53,419 nt of DNA from Acidobacteriota bacterium (lineage in GTDB: Bacteria; Acidobacteriota; JAAYUB01; JAMOQF01): positions 1 through 53,419 of the forward strand of contig JAMOQF010000080.1 of the NCBI GenBank assembly GCA_027064125.1, given 5' to 3'. The position numbers and the translations under genes are program-made. This document shows positions 45,227 through 53,419 of this stretch, piece after piece (within the stretch, counting starts at the first letter, position 1; every line of letters begins with the position of its first letter). Below the pieces are notes generated by a model that saw only the letters and a program-made list of their open reading frames with translations, was not told where the DNA came from and searched no databases.

Positions 45227-46540
45227 TTATTTTATTTTCTTTCCAAAATCTCCAAATATTTTTCCATTTTCAAGTATTACTATCCAATCCTTTATATCTT
45301 TGTCACTAAAATAAAAGGGAGTACCGGCTGTGACATTTGGGCATCCAGCCGCATCTCCCTGTGCCAGTCCAAGGTATTTTCCATCTTTTTCACCGGTTAT
45401 TTTTAACCAGATGAATTCTTCAATATTGGAGCATTTAATGGAAATTTTGGCAAAAAATGAATCCTTTTTACCTCTATTTTTAAATAATTCTTTAAATTGT
45501 GGTAGATTTTTTTGTGCCTCTTCATATATTTTCTTTAGAATTTCTCTGTTTACGTCATATTTTCGCTTGATTATAAAACCTGCAACCTTTCCAGATACAT
45601 CTTCACACCATTTGTCCATATCCATTCCCTTTGGCGGATAAATTCTCACAATATTTTTTTGACTGTCTCCATTTTCATAGGAACCAGGTTTAAAGGATGC
45701 CTTTACTATTTCTTCCTTTTGCTTTCCTTCTATTTTATTTTCTTCTCCTGTGGCTTTGTATATTTCTCCAACAGATAGAGAAATTTCTTTGGGGAATTTC
45801 GTCAGATTTTTGTTGTTAATCCTCAGTTCTAAAAACTTTCTGCAGATTCCATATACCAATCTTTCAAGGGCTATTGATGCAGTAGTTTTAAAGTCTCTTA
45901 TTTCAAAATCTGGAATTCCAAATCTATTCATTCCCAGGGAGACTATTCTGTAGGACCCGGGGGTGTAAGCGTATTTTTGTACGAGAATATGTATCCTTAA
46001 ATCCTTGAAATTGTTTTTTAGATTTATTTGATCGTAGTAATCTGTGGTAAATAGTTCTTTGGAGTTTAAATCGTAGATAAAACCGTCAAATTTTTTTGCA
46101 AGTAGATAAGTTATCCACATAAGAGCGAGGTTTTTTTGAAGAATGTTCTCTGTGTCTGAAGTGTAGGAAAGCAGTATCAAACTTCCGGCAGATGCACACT
46201 CCACTGCCTTTTCATCGTCAAATCCAAATCCGAAGGTCTTTACATAGGAGACATTTGGGAACTCAATCTCTTCCGGTCCCTTTATTTCCACTTTCAGGAG
46301 GTTGTCTTTTAAAATTTCTTCACTGATTGTCCTTTTTATATCTTCAGGAATATTTGATTTTTCAACCATTGTTTTTATTTGGGCAATGGAAATTTTCTCC
46401 AAATTTTTGGTGGGAAATACTCCAAGGGTTATTTCAATTTGGTTGTTAAAGTGAAGTTTTTTCTCTTTTTTACAGGAAGATAGCGAAACTACTGTAATTA
46501 TTAAAAGTAGAAGAATTGGAAGTAGGGATTTTTCTTTCAT
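45227..46540 (-). CDS. Lipoprotein with DUF2314-like C-terminal domain
   Basis: I prefer the start MKEKSLLPILLLLIITVVSLSSC (lipobox LSSC) with GGAGGA upstream. The C-terminus (EEFIWLKITGEKDGKYLGLAQGDAAG...IKDWIV) resembles DUF2314. The ORF is open to 46582. Confidence 0.6.
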   Translation of the reverse strand: MKEKSLLPILLLLIITVVSLSSCKKEKKLHFNNQIEITLGVFPTKNLEKISIAQIKTMVEKSNIPEDIKRTISEEILKDNLLKVEIKGPEEIEFPNVSYVKTFGFGFDDEKAVECASAGSLILLSYTSDTENILQKNLALMWITYLLAKKFDGFIYDLNSKELFTTDYYDQINLKNNFKDLRIHILVQKYAYTPGSYRIVSLGMNRFGIPDFEIRDFKTTASIALERLVYGICRKFLELRINNKNLTKFPKEISLSVGEIYKATGEENKIEGKQKEEIVKASFKPGSYENGDSQKNIVRIYPPKGMDMDKWCEDVSGKVAGFIIKRKYDVNREILKKIYEEAQKNLPQFKELFKNRGKKDSFFAKISIKCSNIEEFIWLKITGEKDGKYLGLAQGDAAGCPNVTAGTPFYFSDKDIKDWIVILENGKIFGDFGKKIK

Positions 46541-46568
46541 TATTCCTCCATATTCAGATATGTATTTA

Positions 46569-47462
46569 TTAAAGGTTATCATATACTTTAAGGAAGTTTT
46601 TTACAAGTTGCAAATCCATTCCTGCCTTTGCAGGCGGTCTTTTTTTTAAATCATGGCAATCAGATCCACCTGTAAAGAGTTTTAAATTGAGTTCTTTTCC
46701 TAAATTTTTTAGTTGCTCCATGTGTTCTTTTTTGTGTGCAGGATAAAAAATTTCAATACCATCTATTATCTTTAAATCGTGAAATTCTTTTATAATGGGT
46801 ATTACTTCTTCTATTGGAGGGTACACATCTTTTTCATAGTTGTCATTATCAGAAGATCCCACTGCAGGATGTGCCATAACTTTAATCATTTTGTATTTTT
46901 TTAAAAAGGGTATTACTTCACTTAAGGGGATTCCCGATGGAATATATGCAGGAGAACTATTTGAAAGTATTTCCCGTGCCCTTTTTTCCTCCATGCCCTT
47001 TTTTATTAAGGTTTCAAATATTTGTTTTCTGGTTATAACTCCCTTTATTTTTTTAAAGTCATCCTCACTTATATTTTCCAGTTCCTTCCCAAAAATTTCC
47101 TTCATTTTTGAAAGCCTTCTTTTTAACAACCCATTTCCCCTTGCAAGATCTGTTATTTTTTCAAACTCGTTTAAAAATTCCCTGTTGAACACATCCTCTT
47201 TTTTGAAGTACAAAAGAAGATGGATTGAGAACTTTCTCTTTCCATTTAGAAATGAAATTGTGAGTTCGCAACCTGGAATTATTTTCATGTTGGGCGTCAT
47301 ATTTCTGAATCTCATTGCTTCAAAATAGCCTTTTAATGTATCATGATCCGTTATGGATATTAATTTATAGTTTAACCTTGCATATGTTGAAATTATCTGA
47401 TAAGGGGAAAGTTTTCCGTCAGAAAAATAGGTGTGGTTGTGTAAATCTCCAACTAACTTCAT
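46569..47462 (-). CDS. PHP-domain phosphoesterase (TrpH/YciV-like)
   Basis: The N-terminal DLHNHTYFSDGKLSP...ISITDHDTLKGY is the classic PHP/TrpH metal-binding signature. It overlaps the upstream radical SAM gene by 4 nt. Confidence 0.78.
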   Translation of the reverse strand: MKLVGDLHNHTYFSDGKLSPYQIISTYARLNYKLISITDHDTLKGYFEAMRFRNMTPNMKIIPGCELTISFLNGKRKFSIHLLLYFKKEDVFNREFLNEFEKITDLARGNGLLKRRLSKMKEIFGKELENISEDDFKKIKGVITRKQIFETLIKKGMEEKRAREILSNSSPAYIPSGIPLSEVIPFLKKYKMIKVMAHPAVGSSDNDNYEKDVYPPIEEVIPIIKEFHDLKIIDGIEIFYPAHKKEHMEQLKNLGKELNLKLFTGGSDCHDLKKRPPAKAGMDLQLVKNFLKVYDNL

Positions 47463-48958
47463 GTGTTTGTCTCCTTTTTCTTAAAGGGAATTTTAATAAA
47501 AGTGGAGAGAGAATTCACGAAACTTTTAAGGTAGAAAACAATCTCTTTAAAGCCTTTTTTTTCTCCCTCTATTTTAAATTTGAAATATATCCCAAAGTAT
47601 AGAATGTATATAACAGAGTAAAACCACCCTAAAGGAAGTGATATTAAAAATGGGAGAAATGGTCTCAAAAAAGGAAAATTTACCGACACCCCAAATAGTT
47701 TATGTAATCTTTCAGATTTTTTCTTTTCCCGTTTATTTGGGAATTGGAGGGCTGAAAAGGAATTGGTCCTTTCAGGCATTTTTGCAGTTTTTGGATCAAA
47801 AAAACCATTTTTAATTGCATATTCAGTTAATTCGGTTTTGGGTAGAGGATAAAAAAGTTGAGATATGGCAAAGTCCGGTTTACATTTTATGTTCAGGTCA
47901 AGTGTTTTGAAATCGGTTCTTAATGGTTCATTTGTGGGTAATAACAAAATATTTTGAGTTATGAATTTTATTCCATACTTTCTGAGTAATTTACCTGTTT
48001 CAAGTATTTTTGAATCCGTTATATTTCTTTTCAGGATTTCTCTTCTGATTTTTTCATCTCCACATTCTATGCCAAAGCATACGACTTTACAACCAGCATC
48101 TTTCAGGATTTTTATCTTTTCTTCGTCAATAAAATTCACATGGGTATTACAAATAAAGGGTACCCCAACTTCATTTTTGTAAAGAGAACTGAATTCTTCA
48201 AGCCATTTATTACTACACATGGTGAAGATATCATCATCAATATAGGCGAAGTTCATTCCAAATTTTTCCCTGACATATTTCATTTCTGAGATAAGATTTT
48301 CAGGAGACCTTCTTCGGTAGAGGTTCCCACAATTTTTAAATAACTGGTTGAATTTGTGGTTAAAACAGTATGTGCATTTATTGGGGCACCCCCTTGATGC
48401 AAAAAAGAAGTGAAAGGAAGAATTTTTTAACAGTGGATCTCCCTTAACCATTAGTTCTCTGTCTGCAAAGGGAAGGGAATCAAGGTCTTCCACAAGTGGA
48501 GCGGGTGGATTTTTTATAATTTTTCCGGATTCATCTTTGAACCAGATCCCATTTATGGATTTAAAATTTTTTTCATTTTCATATTCCTTTAAGAATTCTG
48601 GAAAACTTATTTCAGATTCTCCAACGAATATGACATCCAGAAAATCTTTAAATTTTTCGAAGAATTCAGGGAAAAATGTTGGGTGGGGGCCACCCATTAT
48701 TGTAAAAAGTCCAAATTTTTCTTTAACTCTTTTTATAAATTCCATTACTGAATCAAATTCAGTTGTCATAACACTACATGCAATTATTTCTGGAGAGAAT
48801 TTCTCAATTTTTTCTCTCCATTTTTCCCATTTTTTCCCCTCAAGTATAAGAAGGTCACTTTCCCAACCCATCCCTTTTGCTAAGGCAGAAAGTAGCATAA
48901 CTCCATATCTTTCAACTGTGTATAGACTTTTTACGACAAATAGTATTTTCTTTTTCAA
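47459..48958 (-). CDS. B12-binding-domain (class B) radical SAM protein with C-terminal hydrophobic segment
   Basis: It has an N-terminal Rossmann-like cobalamin-binding region and the radical SAM cluster motif CPNKCTYC. A C-terminal hydrophobic stretch reads FLPFLISLPLGWFYSVIYILYFGIYF. Confidence 0.82.
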   Translation of the reverse strand: MKKKILFVVKSLYTVERYGVMLLSALAKGMGWESDLLILEGKKWEKWREKIEKFSPEIIACSVMTTEFDSVMEFIKRVKEKFGLFTIMGGPHPTFFPEFFEKFKDFLDVIFVGESEISFPEFLKEYENEKNFKSINGIWFKDESGKIIKNPPAPLVEDLDSLPFADRELMVKGDPLLKNSSFHFFFASRGCPNKCTYCFNHKFNQLFKNCGNLYRRRSPENLISEMKYVREKFGMNFAYIDDDIFTMCSNKWLEEFSSLYKNEVGVPFICNTHVNFIDEEKIKILKDAGCKVVCFGIECGDEKIRREILKRNITDSKILETGKLLRKYGIKFITQNILLLPTNEPLRTDFKTLDLNIKCKPDFAISQLFYPLPKTELTEYAIKNGFFDPKTAKMPERTNSFSALQFPNKREKKKSERLHKLFGVSVNFPFLRPFLPFLISLPLGWFYSVIYILYFGIYFKFKIEGEKKGFKEIVFYLKSFVNSLSTFIKIPFKKKETNT

Positions 48959-49794
48959 TTTCTCTTTCCTATCAGGATTTCATAAATTTTATTTTTCCCA
49001 GTTTCAAAAAATATAGATAGTATTTTAGCACTTTCTTTGAGTGAATACCCTTCTTCTTTGAGTTTTTTGAATTTTTCAAGTATTTCCTCACTTTTGGGGT
49101 TTAAATTGGTAGAATCTTCTTTTCCCCTTAAAATGAAGGTGAATTCACCCTTTATTTCTTTTCTGTTTTTAAAAATTTCATACACCTTTATACATTCATC
49201 CAATATTATTTCTTCAAAGATTTTTGTGAGTTCTCTGATACATAAAAGTTTTCTTGAAGGGGTTATCTCAGAAAGGATTTTTAAAGTTTCTTTTACCCTG
49301 CTGGGGGATTGAAAAAAGATTAAATTTTCTTTTTTTTCTGAGTGTTTCATTAAAAATTTTTCCAGTTTTTTGCCCTTTTCTTTAATAAATGAAAGAAATA
49401 AATAATCTCCTTCAAAGGGAGAAATGGAAATTGCAGCACAGAGGGAACTTGGCCCCGGAATTGGTATTATCTTTATGTTTTCTAAAAAGGCTTCCTTTAA
49501 AATACCCCTGCCTGGATCTGAAATGTTAGGGGTTCCGGCATCTGAAACAAGGGCCACATCTTTTCCCTCTTTCAGGTATGAGATTAGTTTTTCTCCTTTT
49601 TCCCTTTCCTTGTGTGTGTAGTAAGAAATGAGAGTTTTCCCCTTAATATCCAGAAAGTTGAGCAATTTTTTTGTGATTCTGGTGTCCTCACATGCAATTA
49701 TGTCGACTTTTTTCAGTGTCTCTCGGGCTCTATCTGAAATATCTTTTAGATTTCCAATGGGTGTTGCCACTATGTAGAGTTTTCCTTTTTCCAT
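48955..49794 (-). CDS. rsmI: 16S rRNA (cytidine1402-2'-O)-methyltransferase
   Basis: The N-terminus GKLYIVATPIGNLKDISDRA...IIACEDTR is the tetrapyrrole-methylase-fold RsmI signature. Confidence 0.88.
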   Translation of the reverse strand: MEKGKLYIVATPIGNLKDISDRARETLKKVDIIACEDTRITKKLLNFLDIKGKTLISYYTHKEREKGEKLISYLKEGKDVALVSDAGTPNISDPGRGILKEAFLENIKIIPIPGPSSLCAAISISPFEGDYLFLSFIKEKGKKLEKFLMKHSEKKENLIFFQSPSRVKETLKILSEITPSRKLLCIRELTKIFEEIILDECIKVYEIFKNRKEIKGEFTFILRGKEDSTNLNPKSEEILEKFKKLKEEGYSLKESAKILSIFFETGKNKIYEILIGKRN

Positions 49795-49796
49795 TT

Positions 49797-52700
49797 TCAG
49801 GATACCAATTTTTTTTCGCCTTTTAACTTAATGGAAACAACCTTTGAGATGCCCGCTTCTTCCATTGTTATGCCATATATGTTTTTCCCGATTTCCATTG
49901 TCTTTCTATTGTGTGTCATGATGATAAATTGAGTTTTGCTGGTAAGTTTTTCAACCATTTTAAGAAATCTGTCCACATTTGCATCATCTAAAGGAGCGTC
50001 AACTTCATCTAATATGCAAAAGGGAGCGGGCCTATATTTGAATAGGGCAATTAAAAGTGCAAGGGCTGTTAATGCCTTTTCACCGCCTGAAAGGAGCATA
50101 ATATTTTGCAATTTTTTACCCGGTGGGGATGCAACTATGTCCACTCCACTTTCAAGTGGATTTTCTTCATCTATCAATTTTAATTGGCAATATCCTCCTC
50201 CAAATAGTTCCTTAAATGTCTCTTTAAAATTTTTATTTACTTCTTTAAAGGTTTTTAGAAATTCTCTGAGGGATTTTTTTTCCATTTCACTGATGGCTTC
50301 CTTGGTAGATTGTATTGATTCCTCAATATCTTCTTTTTGTTTTAAGTTAAATTCAAGCCTTTTACGTTCTTTCTCATATTCCTCAATTGCCATGTGATTT
50401 ATGGAACCCATTCTCAAAATCTTTTCTTTGTAAAATAAGTATTTTTCATATGCTTCCTGGGGTGTCATTCCCTTCTCTTCCATTCCCTTTTGGGAATACT
50501 CTTCATGTAGGATTTCATTTATGCCCATGTTGAGTTCAGTTTCACATATCACCTCATTGTTTTTTATTTCTCCTTTAACTTCAATCAGTTTAAGTTCAAT
50601 TTCATTCTTTTCTTCTTTAAAAAAGTCAAGATGCTTTCTACATTCGCCGATTTCTCTTTCTCTTAATATTAATTTATTTTCAAGTACATTTTTTTGTTTA
50701 ATAATTCTGGTGAGTTCTCTTTCAATTTCTTCTATTTTGACTTTGTTCTTATGATATTTTTTATTTTCACTTTCAAGTTCTGCTTCTATCAAGGTTATTT
50801 CGCTTTTAAGTGAATTTGCCTCCCTTTCAAATTTTTCTATACTTCTTTTCCTGGATTCCATCTGTTCTTTGAATTGGTTTATGACATCTTTTAGAAGTCC
50901 CATCTCCTTTTCCATGGAGTTTATGTCGTTTTTACTTATGTAAAAACTTTCCCTTCTTCTTTCTATTTCATTTCCTATCTTTTTCAGTTCTTCCATATTT
51001 TCTGCAATTTTCTTTTTTGCCTCTTCAAGTGTTTTTGAAATTTTTTCAACCCTTTGTGAAAGATCTCTTCTTTTTTCCTCAAGCATGTTCTTTTCTTTTT
51101 CAAGCCTGCTGGATTCTTGATTAAAAAAATCAAGCCTTTTTGAAAGTCTTTTCCTCTCCCATTTATTTTCTTCAATTTCTCTCTTGAGGTTTTCAAATTC
51201 AACTTTGAGTTGGGATAGTCTTTCCTCACATTCTTCTTTTTTTATAAACAAATCCTCTCTTTTACTTTCATATTCAAAAACCATTCCTTCTATTTCTTCA
51301 ATTTTTTCACTTACGAATTTTTCTCTTTTTTCTAAATCTCTTTTTTCCTTTCTGAAGGAAAGTATCCCTTTGTTGCTTTCACCATTTATCAAAATCATCC
51401 CATTTTTGCCAATTAAAATACCACTTTCAGTGAGAAACTGCTCATGGGGATAATCTTCATAGAGTTTTAGGGCTGTTTTTAAGTCTTTAACTATAGTGGT
51501 TTCAAATAGGTCGGTTAGATAATTTTCCAGGTAGGGATTAAATTTTGGGTCAATGATTAAAAAGTCTTTAATTTTTCCAAGAATTTTTTCTCCTGTAATT
51601 TTACTCTTCGGGACTTTTTTCTTACATGGAATGGAGAGTAATGCTTTAGTTTCCAGATTTTCAATGTTTTTTATAATCTCTTCCACTTTCTCACTTTTTA
51701 TTAAGATGGTATCAAAATATGAGGACATGAAAGATTCTATCAACTCCACATATTTTTCCCCGGGATTGATGAAGTCTGACAGTATTCCTCTGAAGCCACT
51801 TAATCCTTCAATTTTTTTGAGAATTTGCTTTGTCTCTTTTGAATAAAAATCTCTGTTCGCTTCAAGTTGTAGCAATGTATTTATCTTATGTTTTAAACCC
51901 TCTTTCTCTCCTCTTAATGAATTTAGTTCCCCTTTAAGACTTAAAATTTTTGATTCCAATTCCTCTAAAAGGTATGTATATTCATCCCGCTGGGCATTTA
52001 GTTCATCCATCTCTTCTTCAACTTTTTCTTTTTTTCTAATTAGATGAACGCTTTTTATGTCAAGTTCTTCAACAGTGTTATTTATACTTTTAATGTCCTT
52101 TTCAATCCTCTCTTTTTCCCTTGAGATATTTTTTATTGTTTCTCCATTTACAATTAATTCATTGTTTAGGTTTATTCTTTTGCTTTCAAGAGAGGTAATA
52201 GTTCCCTTTTTTTCTTCTATTTTTTCTTTAATCTCTTTTTCTCTGTTTAAAAGGGATTTAAAATTCGATTCTTCATCTTTAAATTTCTCTTTCATTTTGA
52301 AAAATTTTTCCTTTAGTTCCTCTAACTTCCTTTCTTTTTCTTCAAGTTGATCTTTTAACCAGTTTAATCTTTCTGTAGATTCAAATATCTCTCCCCTTAT
52401 TTTTTCAATTCTTTTCTTGTTATTTTCTATTTTTTCTTTTTTATACTTTTCACCTGTTAGAATTTGGCTGTTTTCATTTTTTAAACTGTTTTTTAGATCA
52501 CTCAATGAGGTTATTTTGATTGTGGTCTCCTTTATTTTTTTTGCTAACCCATCTCTTTCCATCTGAATGGTTTTTAGATTCTCCTCTTCTCCTTCTATTT
52601 TTTCCTCCAGATTGTAAAGTTTACTTTCCAGATCTTCCATTTTTGCAAGGAGATCCTTTACCTTTTCCCTGATGTAAAATTTTAAATGGTTCCTCTTTAG

Positions 52701-53354
52701 AGATTTGTATTGTAGATATTTTTTTGCCTTTCCTGCCTGTATTTTTAGACTTCTTAAATTCTTTTCTATTTCAGAGATTATGTCTTTTACCCTGTATAAA
52801 TTTTTTTCTGAAAGTTCCAGTTTTAAAAGGGCCGATTTTTTTCTGTTTTTAAAGGAAATGATTTTTGCGGCTTCTTCAATTAATTCCCTTTTCTCAAGGG
52901 GTTTCATAGAGATTAGAGTTGATATTTCGCCCTGTTCTATAATTGCATAGGGTGAAAAGCCAAGGCCTGTTCCTTCAAAAAATTCATGGATATCCTTTAA
53001 TCTGCATCTTTTTCCATTTAGAAAATATTCACTTTTACCATCTCTGAAAAGTCTTCTTTTTACTTCAATATTTTCTTCATTTGATTCTGTTATGCTTTTT
53101 AACTTAATGGAGACTTCAGCCATTCCAACAGGTTTATATTTTTCACTACCGGCAAATATTACATCTTCCATTTTTTGTGTTCTTAAAGCCTTTCCTTTTT
53201 GTTCTCCTAAGACCCATCTGAAAGCATCACAAATATTACTTTTCCCACATCCGTTAGGTCCTACAATGATATTTATAGGCTCTTCAAAGTTAATTTTCGT
53301 TCTGTTATAAAACGATTTAAATCCCGCAAGTTCCATTGAAATAATTTTGAGCAT
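49797..53354 (-). CDS. smc: Chromosome segregation protein SMC
   Basis: It has Walker A GPNGCGKSN, long coiled coils and a central hinge. The C-terminal signature LSGGEKALTALAL and Walker B FCILDEVDAPLD are present. The length is 1185 aa. Confidence 0.95.
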   Translation of the reverse strand: MLKIISMELAGFKSFYNRTKINFEEPINIIVGPNGCGKSNICDAFRWVLGEQKGKALRTQKMEDVIFAGSEKYKPVGMAEVSIKLKSITESNEENIEVKRRLFRDGKSEYFLNGKRCRLKDIHEFFEGTGLGFSPYAIIEQGEISTLISMKPLEKRELIEEAAKIISFKNRKKSALLKLELSEKNLYRVKDIISEIEKNLRSLKIQAGKAKKYLQYKSLKRNHLKFYIREKVKDLLAKMEDLESKLYNLEEKIEGEEENLKTIQMERDGLAKKIKETTIKITSLSDLKNSLKNENSQILTGEKYKKEKIENNKKRIEKIRGEIFESTERLNWLKDQLEEKERKLEELKEKFFKMKEKFKDEESNFKSLLNREKEIKEKIEEKKGTITSLESKRINLNNELIVNGETIKNISREKERIEKDIKSINNTVEELDIKSVHLIRKKEKVEEEMDELNAQRDEYTYLLEELESKILSLKGELNSLRGEKEGLKHKINTLLQLEANRDFYSKETKQILKKIEGLSGFRGILSDFINPGEKYVELIESFMSSYFDTILIKSEKVEEIIKNIENLETKALLSIPCKKKVPKSKITGEKILGKIKDFLIIDPKFNPYLENYLTDLFETTIVKDLKTALKLYEDYPHEQFLTESGILIGKNGMILINGESNKGILSFRKEKRDLEKREKFVSEKIEEIEGMVFEYESKREDLFIKKEECEERLSQLKVEFENLKREIEENKWERKRLSKRLDFFNQESSRLEKEKNMLEEKRRDLSQRVEKISKTLEEAKKKIAENMEELKKIGNEIERRRESFYISKNDINSMEKEMGLLKDVINQFKEQMESRKRSIEKFEREANSLKSEITLIEAELESENKKYHKNKVKIEEIERELTRIIKQKNVLENKLILREREIGECRKHLDFFKEEKNEIELKLIEVKGEIKNNEVICETELNMGINEILHEEYSQKGMEEKGMTPQEAYEKYLFYKEKILRMGSINHMAIEEYEKERKRLEFNLKQKEDIEESIQSTKEAISEMEKKSLREFLKTFKEVNKNFKETFKELFGGGYCQLKLIDEENPLESGVDIVASPPGKKLQNIMLLSGGEKALTALALLIALFKYRPAPFCILDEVDAPLDDANVDRFLKMVEKLTSKTQFIIMTHNRKTMEIGKNIYGITMEEAGISKVVSIKLKGEKKLVS

Positions 53355-53419
53355 TGTTTCCCCTTGAGATTTTATTTTGTTGAGAGTTCTATCTCCTCTA
53401 CAACTGGAGGAAGATTTTT

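Noticed and set aside
46840-53310. Plus-strand ORFs of 72-162 aa antisense to the PHP, radical SAM, rsmI and smc genes (for example 46840-47328, 48537-49016, 49936-50397).
   Set aside because: All are Ser/Phe/Leu-rich low-complexity translations of the antisense strand of Lys/Glu-rich genes. The sense-strand genes have strong family signatures.
53355-53419. A weak inverted repeat (CTCC...GGAG) upstream of smc, considered as a terminator of an upstream gene.
   Set aside because: Only about 4 bp can pair, there is no T-run, and the window ends here, so the call is not supportable.

Overview
This is a visibly AT-rich bacterial chromosomal segment with Lys/Glu/Ile-rich proteins, tight gene packing and many 1-4 nt start/stop overlaps. 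The ExbB/ExbD/TonB genes indicate a diderm organism. It is mostly core housekeeping. I see no transposase, integrase, cas, toxin-antitoxin or recognisable defence genes, so I cannot point to a clear new multi-gene system.

Gene order:
- Plus strand, 1-17.5 kb: a glycogen cluster (GH57 C-terminus, GalT-like HIT transferase, GlgA), a 760-aa acidic coiled-coil protein, QueG and tRNA-Arg(CCT). These are followed by a YceD-RpmF-PlsX-ACAD-FabD-FabG-AcpP-FabF-EtfB-EtfA string and an orphan ABC ATPase.
- 17.5-23.3 kb: an ADP-ribosylglycohydrolase (minus), a long RelA/SpoT homologue (plus), a 1.1-kb ORF-free repeat island and a sigma-54-dependent response regulator (minus).
- 23.5-39.4 kb: DnaK, a four-repeat secreted protein with a small wHTH gene, a TPR-ExbD-ExbD-ExbB operon (minus) and class II RNR NrdJ. 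Then come rhodanese, MauE/DoxX, a GT-C-like membrane protein, PepD, DUF2891, a sugar nucleotidyltransferase and PgsA.
- 39.4-53.4 kb, all minus strand: TonB, a transglutaminase-like protein, an aminotransferase, Ptb, Buk, a lipoprotein, a TrpH-like PHP protein, a B12-binding radical SAM protein, RsmI and SMC.

Most noteworthy observations:
1. A near-consensus sigma-54 -24/-12 promoter and a perfect palindrome sit directly upstream of dnaK, with the divergently encoded NtrC-type activator next door.
2. A 1.1-kb non-coding island between convergent genes consists of two diverged ~320-bp direct copies seeded with short CCTGACAC-type motifs.
3. In the FAS-II operon an acyl-CoA dehydrogenase occupies the usual fabH slot and etfBA follows fabF.
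4. The long RSH has intact hydrolase motifs but a heavily substituted synthetase motif set.

All functional calls rest on motif and family recognition by eye. No database search was run.
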